From Paramecium tetraurelia (taxonomy: Eukaryota), in the NCBI GenBank assembly GCA_000165425.1, contig CT868396.1:1-64000 (forward strand): a DNA stretch of 64,000 bases, given 5' to 3'. Positions within the stretch are counted from its first letter, which is position 1. The number at the start of each line of letters is the position of its first letter. This document shows, piece by piece, positions 12,142 to 24,262 of this stretch. A program made the position numbers and the translations under genes. Under the pieces are notes generated by a model. It did not search any database. It was not told where the DNA came from and saw only the letters and a list, made by a program, of their open reading frames with translations.

Positions 12142-15100
12142 ATGTATATTTCTAAGGAATTCTAAAAGTACAAGATAGGTATATAAAAATTTATGATATT
12201 CAGCTTCAATTTAGTACTGTTATGGAATTTTAGGATTCAACAATAAATTAAGATTAATTGGGTTGGAAAAGTCAGAAAAAATCAAATGTGCTTTATTATC
12301 GCAGAATAAAAAAAAAGATGTAATAGCTAACGATGAAAATATTCCATTATATCCCGAGTAAAATAAAGAATAAAACAATGAAACTAGATAAAGGAAGAGA
12401 AAATAAGTGGTAGAATATCATTTAAAAGTAAAAAACAACATGAACAGATTATAATCAGAGATTTTCAATCATATGAATAGATTAGAAGGAACTTTAGAAA
12501 ATTATGATTTAGGAATTTAGAAAAACCCAAAAAATTCTAATTATTACAACAATAAAGGTATAATTTTACATAAACAATTTTTAAGCTAATGTTTTAGAAA
12601 AAATGAACAGATTAGAAGAGGCTTTAGAAAACTATAATTTAGCAATTTAGAAAAACCCAGAAAATTCTCCCTATTACAACAACAAAGGTATAATTTCATA
12701 TATGGAATTTGTAGCAAAAGTTTTAGAAAAAATGAACAGATTTTAAGAGGCTATAGAAAATTATAATTTAGCAATTGAGAAAAATCCAGGAGATTCAAGA
12801 TATTACTACAACAAAGGTATTTATTATAGTTATAAATCATTGTGCAAAAGCTTTAAATAAAATTAACAGATACGAAGAAACCTTAGAAAATTATGATTAA
12901 GCAATTTAGAAAAACCCTGAAAATTCTAATTATTACAACAACAAAGGTATAATTTCTTATAAATACTTTATAAGCAAATGTTTTAGAAAAAATAAACAGA
13001 TTAGAAGAAGCTTTAGAAAACTATAATTTAGCAATCTAGAAAAACCCTGAAAATTCTCACTATTACAACAACAAAGGTATCATTTAATATAATGAATTTG
13101 TAGCTAAAGTTTTAGAAAAAATGAACAGATTAGAAGAAGCTTTGAAAAATTATAATTTAGCAATTCAGAAATAAGGAGAAAATTCTCACTATTACAATGA
13201 CAAAGGTATAATTTATATTTTAATTCTTAGCTAGTGTTTTAGAAAAAATGAACAGATTAGAAGAGGCTTTGGAAAATATTGATCTAGCAATTAATATTTC
13301 TCCAGAAAATTCTGACTCCTACAACAATAAAGGTATAATTTATATGTGTAAATTTATTAGCTGCTATTTTAAATAAAATGAATAGATTAGAAGAAGCTTT
13401 AGAAAATTACAATTTAGCAATTTAAAAAAATGAATAAGATTAGTATTATTACTACAACAAAGGTACATAATAATATGCATAATTTCTAAGCTAACAATCT
13501 AAATAAAATGAACAGATTAGAAGAAGCTTTGGAAAATTATAATACAGCAATTTATAAAAATCCAGCATATGCTGACTTTTTTAACAACAAAGGTATAATT
13601 TAAAATTTATAATTACTTAGCTAGTATTTTAGATAAAATGAATAGATTGCAAGAAGCTTTGGAAATTTATAATTTAGTAATTGAGAAAAACCCTGAAGAT
13701 CCAAGAGGTTACAACAATAAAGGTATAATTTAATAATTATTATTAATTAGCAATGATTTTAAATAAAATGAACAGATTAGACGAAGCGTTGGATAATTTT
13801 AATTTAGCCATTTAGAAAAACCCAGAAGATTAGAGATATTACTACAACAAAGGTATATTTGAATTGATAATTTCTAAGCTATTCTTTTAAATCAAATGAA
13901 TAGATTAGAGGAGTCTTTGGAATATTATGATTCAGCCATTTAAAAAAACCCAGAAAATTCCTGATTATTTTACCAACAAAGGTATAATTGAATTTATTAT
14001 TTATAATTTCATAGCAATTGTTTTAAATAAAATGAATAGATTAGAAGAAGCCTTAGAAAACTATAATTTAGCCATTTAGAAAAACCCAGAAGATCCAAAA
14101 GGTTACAATAACAAAGGCATAATTTAATATGTATAATTTTTAGCTACCATTTTAACTAAAATGAACAGATTCGAAGAAGCTTTAGAAAATTATAATTTGG
14201 CAATTTAGAAAAGTCCCGAAGATTCAAGATATTACTACAACAAGGGTATAATTTGATACCTATAATTTCTAAGCTAATGTTTTAAGTAAAATGAGCAGAT
14301 TAGAACAGGCTTTGGAAAATTATAATTTAGCTATTTAGAATAACCCAGAAAATTCTGATTATTTTAATAATAAAGGTATTATATAATAAATATAATTTAT
14401 TAGCTAGTGTTTTAGAAAAATTGAACAGATTTGAAGAAGCCTTGCAAAATTATAATTCAGCAATTTCGATAAAACCAGAAGATTCTGACTATTTTAACAA
14501 CAAAGGTATAATTTATAATTTATAAGCTAATGTTTTAAATAAAATGAACAGATTATAAGAGGCTTTGAAAACCTATGATACAGCAATTTAGAAAAACCCA
14601 GAAAATTCTGAATATTTTAGCAACAAAGGTATAATTGAATAAATCTAATTTCTAAGCTTTTGTTTTAAATAAAATGAATAGATTTGAAGATGCTTTGAAA
14701 AATTATGATTTAGCAATTTAAAAAAACCCAGAAAATTCCGACTATTTTTCTCACAAAGGTAATAGCTAATCTATATAATTTTCAAAGCTAATGTTTTAAA
14801 TAGTATGAACAGATTAGAAGAAGCTTTGCAAAATTATAATTAAGCCATTTAGAAAAACCCATAAAATTTCATAATATTACGATAATAAAGGTATAATTTA
14901 AATATGCATAATTTTTAGCTTTTGTTTTAAATAGTTTGAACTGATTAGAAGAAGCCTTAAAAAATTATAATTTAGCCATTTAGAAGAAACCCAGAAGATG
15001 CTGATTATTGCATCAACAAAGGTATAATTTTATATGTATAATTCCTAGCTGTTGTTTTATTTTTAGAGCTTAATAAGGAGATTTTAAATAAATTAAACAG

Positions 15101-16003
15101 ATTAGAAGAAGCTTTAAAAAACTATGATTTAGCAATTTAGAAAAACTCAAAAGATTCAAGATATTCCTATAATAAAGGTTTAATTTAATATATATAATTC
15201 TTAGCTGATGTTTTTGATAGTTTGAATAGATTAAAAAAAAAAATGAAATATTATGATTTTGCAATCTAGAAAAACCCATAAATTTCCTATTATTATGATA
15301 ACAAAGGTATAATTTAATATGCAAAATTTTTAGCTTTTGTTTTAAATAGTTTGAACAGATTAGAAGAAGCCTTAGAAAATTATAATTTAGCCATTTAGAA
15401 AAACCCAGAAGATGCTGATTATTACAGCAACAAAGGTATAATTTCATATGAATAATTTATAAGCTGCAATCTTAAATAGTATGAACAGATTAGAAGAAGC
15501 TTTGAAAAATTATAATTTAGCCATTTAAATAAAGCCATATGTTTCTCACTATTACAACTAAAAAGGTATCATTTATTTTTATAATTTCTTAGCAAGTGTT
15601 TTAGAAAAGATGAATAGATTAGAAGAAGCCTTGAAAAATTATAATTTAGCAATTTAGATTAACCCAGAAGATCCTGAATATTACAACAACAAAGGTATAA
15701 TTAATATGTATAATTTCTTAGCTTGTGTTTTATAAAAATTGAATAGATTAGAAGAAGCTCTGAAAAATTATAATTTATCAATATTGAAAAACCCAGAAAA
15801 TTCTGACTATTACTACAAAAAGGGTATCAATTAATATGTATAATTTTTTAGCTTAAATTTTATAAAAAATGAATAGATTGGAAGAAGCTGAGAAATGTTT
15901 TAATTTATCAAATGAATTAGTACTAAAAGCACAAAACTGCCACACCAAAACTAATTTAGATAATTCTAATTATCATTCAATATTGTAAGACTTCCATTAA
16001 TGA
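12142..16003 (+). CDS. TPR-array protein (~27 tetratricopeptide repeats, one repeat per exon); lesions present, so possibly a pseudogene
   Basis: 26 short introns (first 12558-12585, last starting 15824) separate ~102-nt exons encoding e.g. ANVLEKMNRLEEALENYNLAIQKNPENSPYYNNK (34-aa TPR); final stop TGA 16001-16003. Lesions: TG acceptor at ~12843, three 103-nt exons, in-frame TGA at 14942. 5' end uncertain. Confidence 0.9.
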
Positions 16004-16726
16004 TAAATATTTATATTTATAAAATAAGTTATCTTCTATTTTTAGTTTTAGTTTTTATTCTCCAACTCTTAATAAATATATAATCTACTTTGATTATGAC
16101 AATTTTTGCACAGCGTTATATATTAGATCTTCTGACAAGCTAGATTTTAACATAAATATGATTAAATGGAATTTAATTTCACATAGTATTTTATGATCAA
16201 GACATCTCTAAGGTAAAGATTAAAAAAAGAGTTTTTTAATTTGAAGACTTTGAAGTTCTGTCCCTGGTAGATACTTCTCTATTTCATGATACTCTAGTTT
16301 TGCTTTCCTGCATTTCCTTGTATTACCATGTAACAATTTATTACTTCTAAAGGTGGTCTTTTTTTATTTCAATAGTATGAATTCAATACTATGTTTTTAC
16401 TTATTTTTTATCTCAGGATAGCTTAAATTAATCCAGCAGATTTTTTATCCATTCATCTTTTCATCTGAACACTTAGTTTCTATTTTACCAATCGTTTGCC
16501 AAAATAAAATCGTTAATAAATTCTGCAACATCAATATAATTTGGCTCTCTTGTTTCTTTTCTTTGTTCTCCTTTTTTTTTTGCCTTCTTTTTGTGTTTGC
16601 GGTTGTTGTTCTTCGTGGTTGTTTTGTTTTTGTTCTTTTCGTTTTTTCGTGTGTTTTTTGCGGTGCTGCCCTCTTTTGCTTGTTCTTTTTGTGTTTTGTC
16701 TGTGGCCGTGGCGTTTTCTTTTTTTG

Positions 16727-16851
16727 TTGGGGGTTGGGTTTGGGTTTGGGGTTGGGGTTGGGGTTGGGGTTTGGGGTTGGGGTTGGGGTTGGGTTTGGGT
16801 TTGGGGTTGTGAAAGGGGTTGGGGTTTGGGTTTGGGTTTGGGGTTGGGGTT
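16727..16851 (-). repeat. Right telomere: TTGGGG/TTTGGG repeats (chromosome end inside the window)
   Basis: About 20 G-strand telomeric hexamers running into the N gap. Confidence 0.92.
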
Positions 16852-16859
16852 TTAAGGGG

Positions 16860-17009
16860 NNNNNNNNNNNNNNNNNNNNNNNNNNNNNNNNNNNNNNNNN
16901 NNNNNNNNNNNNNNNNNNNNNNNNNNNNNNNNNNNNNNNNNNNNNNNNNNNNNNNNNNNNNNNNNNNNNNNNNNNNNNNNNNNNNNNNNNNNNNNNNNNN
17001 NNNNNNNNN
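16860..17009. other. Assembly gap (150 N) joining two telomeres
   Basis: N run flanked by a G-strand telomere on the left and a C-strand telomere on the right. Confidence 0.99.
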
Positions 17010-17022
17010 CTTATTTCCGAGA

Positions 17023-17170
17023 CCCCAACCCCAACCCCAACCCCAACCCCAACCCCAACCCCAACCCCAACCCCAAACCCAATCCCAAACCCGACCCCAA
17101 CCCCGACCCCGAACCCGAATCCGAACCCGAACCCGAACCCGAACCCGAAACCGTGCCCCGACCCGAAACT
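17023..17170 (+). repeat. Left telomere of the next chromosome: CCCCAA repeats decaying into CCCGAA variants
   Basis: About 9 perfect CCCCAA units, then CCCAAA/CCCGAC/CCCGAA units. Confidence 0.9.
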
Positions 17171-18700
17171 TGGTACCCAAACCGGAGCCGGACCCGGAGC
17201 TGGAGAAAGTTTATAGCCTGGGCTCCAGAAAGGAGCATCGTCCTACCTAGAGAAACGTGATCCTGTGCTTTTTAAGACTATTTAGCCATTGAAAGTGATA
17301 TTAATTATCATGCCTTATAGTTATCCATATGTTAAAAGACTACTCATATAGATAAGAACTATGCCTCCATTTTAAAAAGCATAATGAGCGCGCTCAAAAA
17401 AATTTTTGAAAAAACGACTTTTTTTCATCTTAATTGAGTTTCATTTAATTAAGAAACTATGATATATTATTAAAATTAATCTAGTTTAATAGATTCATAA
17501 ACAATAGATTATCTAGTTGATTTGTTCAACCAAAATGTCAAAATTTCATTTTCTTTAAAATCAATTTATAATTAAAAAGCACATTCCAAGATTTTATCAT
17601 TTTTAGTAGATAATATAAAATATCCCTCCTCAATTAATTCAATTCAATTTAACTCAATTTAATTACTGCATGTGATTATATCAAACTCTGCTCTATCAAC
17701 CAATCAAGTGTGATTAAAAATACTCTATGTTTCTAGAATCCCAATATCTTAATTTATTTACCATCCTCAGGTTTAGTGATCTCAACTTATCCAAAATTCA
17801 CATTACATCTTATAGTAGAAATATTATTAGAAATTAAATTTCAAAAGGACTTTGTCATTTTGATGATTAAACAATTTTTTAGACTCTAACCTAAGAAAAT
17901 CTTTATTTATTTTTTGTTTAGGTGTTTGAAAATTAAAACCCTAGTTAGATAACTTTATGTAGGATTATGATTTTCTTTGCTTAATCTCCAACGCATTTAC
18001 AAGCTACCTACTCAAAATTCAGAGTTGCTACCAAACGCCTACAACAATATCACTTGTCTTTACAAACTAGTAATATGCTTGTCCTGACCAAGCCTATCCT
18101 AATTAATACAATCTCGTATCTTTAGATGCAGATGTCCAATTACTTAATTGTATTGTATTATATGAGAACTCTAATTTATTTTAGAAAAATCAGGACAACC
18201 TCAACTCTTATGAAATGAGTTATAAGAAGGCTCCAAATAAAGCAATTCCTTTTATATTAAATAGCTTGCTACTTTAGATAAAAGTATATTTTGACTACAG
18301 CAGAGAAGGAAAGGGACAGTTTGAATTATATTATATATTTTTTACTTTCAACAAATATCAATTTATTTTAGATACTTTTAACTTTAGAAATTGCAATCAT
18401 ATAAATATGTGCTGTTCTGTTATATTTTTTTAAATCTTAATGTTATCAAGTGTTGAAGTGCCTATGTGTTAAGCTGTTGATGTGCTTTATTCTTAGAATT
18501 ATATTCTAAAATGAAATACTTCATAAAATTAATATCAACATTTCTGATAAATTTACTATATAGTTTTTTAGAACCTAAATTAAATAGTAGTTTTTTTTTT
18601 CATTAATTTCATTCAAAATTTTAATAGAAATTCATATTGAGTCTATGACGCATTATAGCACAATATATTCTGTATAAGTTTTTTAATTAAGATATTTTAT

Positions 18701-21700
18701 ATGTTAATATTGGTTCTATTACCCATAATCTACTTGGGGTATACATAAGAGCAATGCCAAGTCAAGAATCAATAAATATCATTTTTCTTTTCTACCTAAG
18801 AAACATTTGAGTGGAACTTAAAAGATTTATTCACAGGATCCTATTTGAATTACACCTTAACCTCAAAGTAACCCTTCTTTACTTTGAAGAAACCTATACA
18901 TTAAGAATATACACCTAAAACATTGATAGAAGGTATAAAATATAGTTAAATTAGGGATATCAAAAATTGCTGCCATTTAGGCTAGAACAGAATAAAACTA
19001 AAGAGTATGGCTAAATCAATTTGCCTTTATTGAAAAAAGTGTAAATTCATTATCTATTTTTTATGCTTAAGGGTAATCTTAATTAATGATAAATTAGTAC
19101 TTAAGGAGATTATAAACCGCCCAATTTTAATTATAAAATAGTTTTTTCCCAAAACTAAGATATTTAGTGTTTAAATTTAGAATACTTAAATGAAACATCG
19201 TTTTTAGCTGATTGCTATAATGCTATAAAAAATCCTATATTAAACTACTTTTATATTATTGAAAAATCGGGTGCTGTCAGAAACATCAGCAATCAAAATT
19301 ATGATGTCTAAAATATCATCACAAAAAGAATAACTAAAGTAATACCTTTTGTTGACAGCAAAAAGAATAATATCAAATTGCTGTTTAGATCAACACCAGC
19401 CTATGCAACTGGATCAGATTTAAAGACAAATTCATAAATTGAAATTTACAACATTTCTACATTATTTTTAGTTAACTAATTAACAGCACGTGATATCGGA
19501 ACACTATTGAAAGTTGATGATCCTTTCAAATATAAATTTAGTTTGATAGACTTTGATATATTTTCAGATGGAAAGCTTTATATATTAACTGCATTTGATG
19601 GCATCATAATTTTATAAATAGATTAAGCTCTTGGCTTTACTTTAATAGATAGGATATAACTTTATAACGATGTAAGAGAATTTGATGTTGGCCATTTTTT
19701 GTCCGAAGATGGGTCTCTTGTAGAGACTATTGGAGTATTATTCTAAAGCAAGGCTGAAGTTTATGAAAATAGAATTTTCAAGAATTCTTACTCATTAGAT
19801 TTTGCCTCATAATACACTACTTTATTGAAAATATCGTAAGAACTATTGATAATTTAAAATAAAGGAAAAACTTACTTGATCAATACTTAAACCAAAGATT
19901 TGATTCATAAAGAAGTACTTGAAGGTATTTAAGGAATATTAATCAATTAATACATGGAAGAACTTATTTATGTTACATAAATTGATGCCAGAAGATTCGC
20001 TTTATCTAGTGGAAAGCTAAGATTTAAATCAGGAGATTTGACTGCAGCAAGGGATGTCACCACTATTACTGCATTTGATGAACTTGGTTATTAATGTTAA
20101 GTTTAATTAAATTATCGAGTCATAAATTAATATGATTCAGTATTATACGCAGTCCAAGAATTAGATATATCGAATGTATTTGTTGATTATCCCTTCTGGA
20201 CTCCATTTTAAATGCCTGTATCAGGGCCAAACGTCTAAGTTAATTCTTCGAAGTAGAATAGTCCTTAATATGAAGCCACAAACTCAGCAACACTATTAAT
20301 CAAGTAAGGAGGCTCAATTAATGCGGAATCAATATATTCTTAAATTCCATTAGCAAAATCATCAAAATTTGTCAAATTGATTAGTTTAGATAAGGATGAC
20401 TAAAAAATAGCAATTATCTTTTAAGAATCATCAACTAAGAATATTCTTACTTACATCTGTTCAACAGACTAAGGAGCCCCTTGCTAAAGAGAAACTATAT
20501 GCGTTAATTATGTGAAATTTCGTAAGGTGAATGAGTATCAGTTTCTAAGTAAGTTAGGCGGGATTCTTGTTTTGTGTGGGAGGCTATCAGTGGATGTCNN
20601 NNNNNNNNNNNNNNNNNNNNNNNNNNNNNNNNNNNNNNNNNNNNNNNNNNNNNNNNNNNNNNNNNNNNNNNNNNNNNNNNNNNNNNNNNNNNNNNNNNNN
20701 NNNNNNNNNNNNNNNNNNNNNNNNNNNNNNNNNNNNNNNNNNNNNNNNTATGCGATCATTTTTCTCATTCCTTAGCAAATCTCAACTTTTTCAATTGATC
20801 GTTCGTTAGGATGACTAAAAATCGCATTATCCCTTAGAATCATCAACTAGAAATTCTCACTACATCTTTCAACAGACTATATCATGATCAAAAAGTAAAT
20901 CTTTTTGCGTTAATTATGTGACTTTTCAGCAAAAATAGAATTGAGTAACTCAAATTTCTAATGTTATGTTAAAACAGAGATTTTCTATGTTTTTATAGTT
21001 GAAAATACTTATACAGTTGGAATGTACTCAATCTCCTAAAAAGATGTCTAGAGTCAATATAACTTCAAATATAATTAATTCTCAAATACAATAACATCTA
21101 TTAGTGTTGTTGCAAACAGATTATATATAATCCTAAATAATCTATAAGTGGACATCTGGAATATTGATACTAAATAAAATTACTCTGTGACTTAGAGCAT
21201 AGTAAACTCATTAGGATTTTATGGTAGTTGGAAAATTAGAAAAGTAGTAGGTAGTTCTAAATATCATCCTACTATCCTCTTCATAATTAATGATGATAAT
21301 ATTCTAATTGCAGATTATCACAAAGAACTAGCAATCGTCAATGTTTTAACTTATGGAAAATCTATTATTGACGTAGCCATCGGTGAGGATTCATTTATTT
21401 CAGTAGTTCATACAAGCACAATAACTTACTTAACAGAATATGATTTTTCAAATTATTGTAATATCTTCAAAATGAAAGAGCTACCTACATATAGATACTA
21501 AATTTAAGATTCTATGACAATGGTAAGTAGTAGCGATTCTGGATTGTTATATATTGCAGCATATGATCCAGACAATAATAATTCATCAGTCATTTTGATC
21601 TACAAGCCATTGTAGCCTTTAAGAGATTCCTTGATAAAAGTACTGACACCAAAAAAACAGAGTTTCTTTATTTCTGATACTTAACTGGCTGCCGCAGGTT

Positions 21701-23404
21701 TTAATCATTATATTTTCTATTTAAATGATGGAGAAAACCATAATGTCGAATGGATTGACTAAACTTATTATTATTAAGTGGCTCCAGAATATTAAACAGA
21801 TCAATGGGTTAATAAATTCAGATTAAATTTAACTGTATCAAATCTAAAAAATAACCCAAGTGTGTAATTCAGTTAAGCTATTGTTTTGTATCAGACAAAA
21901 TCTTAAATCAAGTTCCTTTAGACCAATGTGAACATTTCAAATTAAAAGTGGACAAAAGATGAAATTACTTTAAGTATGGTAGGAACAATAATTAACTATT
22001 TAATCTAATGTTAATAATGTGGTTAGGGGAAAAATATCAATGCTATCTAACCATTAAGTTTATTTAAATAGGAATACGGAGACGACTTAAATATAGTTGA
22101 TTAAATAGAACGTGGATCAGATAATCTTAGAATATTATTAGTATCTACATCAAATTTGCAGGCAATTAGAATATATAACAGCACAAATTCATTTTTTAAG
22201 TCCATAGTAATTTCAACATCAACTGATTATAAATGTGAGAAAGTGTAGAAATATAATAACCATTTGATGGTAGCATGTCGTAATTCAAAAAACTACTAAA
22301 TAGTAACTATTTGGTGTGATAACGAATCAACATGTGGGAATATAATAAAATATTCAGATTTAACAACAAGCCTCCGCTATATATATTAGATGAGCTATTA
22401 TTATAAATACTTAGTTATAGTTGATGCTCACCCAAAAGTTCTTAAAAGTATGGATACTTTTATTCGGGTATTCGATGCTTCCTTCGATGATAGTAAACAC
22501 ACAGCTAGTTATACTTATACTCATTAGATAAATACGGTTTAATCTTATGGTGAATATGTCGTGAAAACATTATTGCATTATCATTCCAGTAGTACTAACC
22601 CATGTTATACATATATTCTTGGATTAATGTCAAATGGAGTGTTAAGAATCTTTAATTCTGCGTTGACCTATAAAGTGAGTTTAAATGTCTATTAGGAAAT
22701 TCTCAATGCAGGAGGAGAAATAATTTAGAAGGAATTCAATGATTTTTATTTTACTGATGTTCCAACATATACAAAACAGACCACATACGCGCATATGATA
22801 TTTACATCATAATCTTTGAATTACAAATTTAGATTGGTTTATGACACTTATAATTACAAACTTGCTTCATTCACCTATCATTATGCATTAAGTCGATATT
22901 ATGATGCTTAAACATTACCTGGAATGTGGATTGATAACTATTCTCAAATTGCTATAATTCCTTACAGATAAAATGATAAAAAAATATTTCTATTTTTTGA
23001 ACTACCTGATAATTCCGTAGTCGATAAGAGGATGGTATATTCTTACGGCGGAATATCTGAATACCATGATTTTACTGATTCAGATAGAGTATCCTGCACA
23101 GTATAAAATAATGTAAATAATTTAATCTATTTAGGTTGCTATTTTGGGAGTCAGCTCAAAGTTTGAATCAAATATGTTTTATATAAAACATTACAATGTA
23201 AACTTATAATAAAAGTTGATTGTTGATAATACAGGAGGCAATCTATTGAATTAAATAGGCTCATTAGAAGTGTCAAACACCATAAATTCAGAATAACTTT
23301 AGTTTAATATCAAAATATTATCATCTGAATAGAAAGAAGAAAATTCTTAGATGGATTCAAATGAAACAGACATCAAGAATCAAACTGATTATTTATACAT
23401 ATGA
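18701..23404 (+). CDS. Large secreted/surface protein (~1400 aa, beta-rich), ciliate-type, interrupted by a false gap
   Basis: Signal peptide MLILVLLPIIYLGYT, then QEQCQVKNQQISFFFSTQETFEWNLKDLFTGSYLNY...; long ciliate-code ORF with short introns (e.g. ~18933-18954, ~23101-23134); TGA 23402-23404. Confidence 0.75.
20599..20748. other. Assembly gap (150 N) with overlapping low-quality flanks
   Basis: N run; the sequence after it re-reads ~20390-20520 with errors. Confidence 0.95.
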
Positions 23405-24262
23405 TTTCAGTAAAAATCAAATGTTAACATAATTTATTTATTAATCTTAGAATTTAAATTTAATACCAAAGAATATTATTAAAAAGAATTTAGAAATGTT
23501 ATCATGAAGTTATATTCTCAACTTCTACTTTTCTTGCTTTTTTAAATTAATCATCCATCCTAAATCCCATTCTAATGTAAATAACAATATTCACCTCTAA
23601 TATCCTTATCTGATTTGAGTTTCTCCAACACTTAATGTATATCTAGCATGACGATATGCAAATACCTTGTCTAAGTTCCATACGAAAATAAATTTCAAAA
23701 TATTATTTTATTATTATCAAATTTTGTTTAGTCAATATTCAGAAGTTGATTTGTAAAATTTTTTAAATACTAATTTTGTTACTTTAATAATGGACAGAGG
23801 ATAAGTGACTTTTTTTTAAATTGTAATAAATTCTTAAAGATTTCTTGTACGAAATTCATTAATTAGAGATAATATGTAAATTTAATTTTAGAAAATTAAA
23901 CTTTTCTAACTTTACATATTTTACGTTAAATTGCTCAGATAATCTTTTTGAACTTTACTATAGCTTATTAAATTGAAGAAAATCAATACAATCAGACATT
24001 ATTTGTTTATCTTTTCATTTCTGTAAAATACTTTAATTACTTTATTATTCTAATATCAATCATATCTAAACCTGAGGTAATCATGAAATCGACTACCTAA
24101 TTATTTTACGCAGATATTATTTGTTTATTTCCTTTCGATAATATTGATTATAATCCCATAGTTACTTAAGCATTCTATATTCAAATACTAATTTTATTAA
24201 GATTTATGGTTTATAATAGAAATGATTAATAATAATCTTTAATAGAAAAGTTATAATTTAAA

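Noticed and set aside
12558..15850. ~129-bp periodic repeats with conserved and variable parts, superficially CRISPR-like
   Set aside because: The unit is a 102-nt TPR exon plus a GT-AG intron; eukaryotic context and no cas genes.
16545..16726. A-free, G/T-rich low-complexity tract before the telomere
   Set aside because: Looks like degraded base calls at a read end; no reliable feature.
16485..17250. ORF-track entries with GW/GL/PQ/PN dipeptide repeats
   Set aside because: They are translations of telomeric hexamers and the N gap.
17957..18455. Open frame next to the second telomere
   Set aside because: Long ORFs arise easily when TGA is the only stop; no recognisable motif.
20380..20960. 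Apparent tandem duplication across the gap
   Set aside because: The sequence after the Ns is an error-rich re-read of the sequence before them, i.e. unmerged contig ends.
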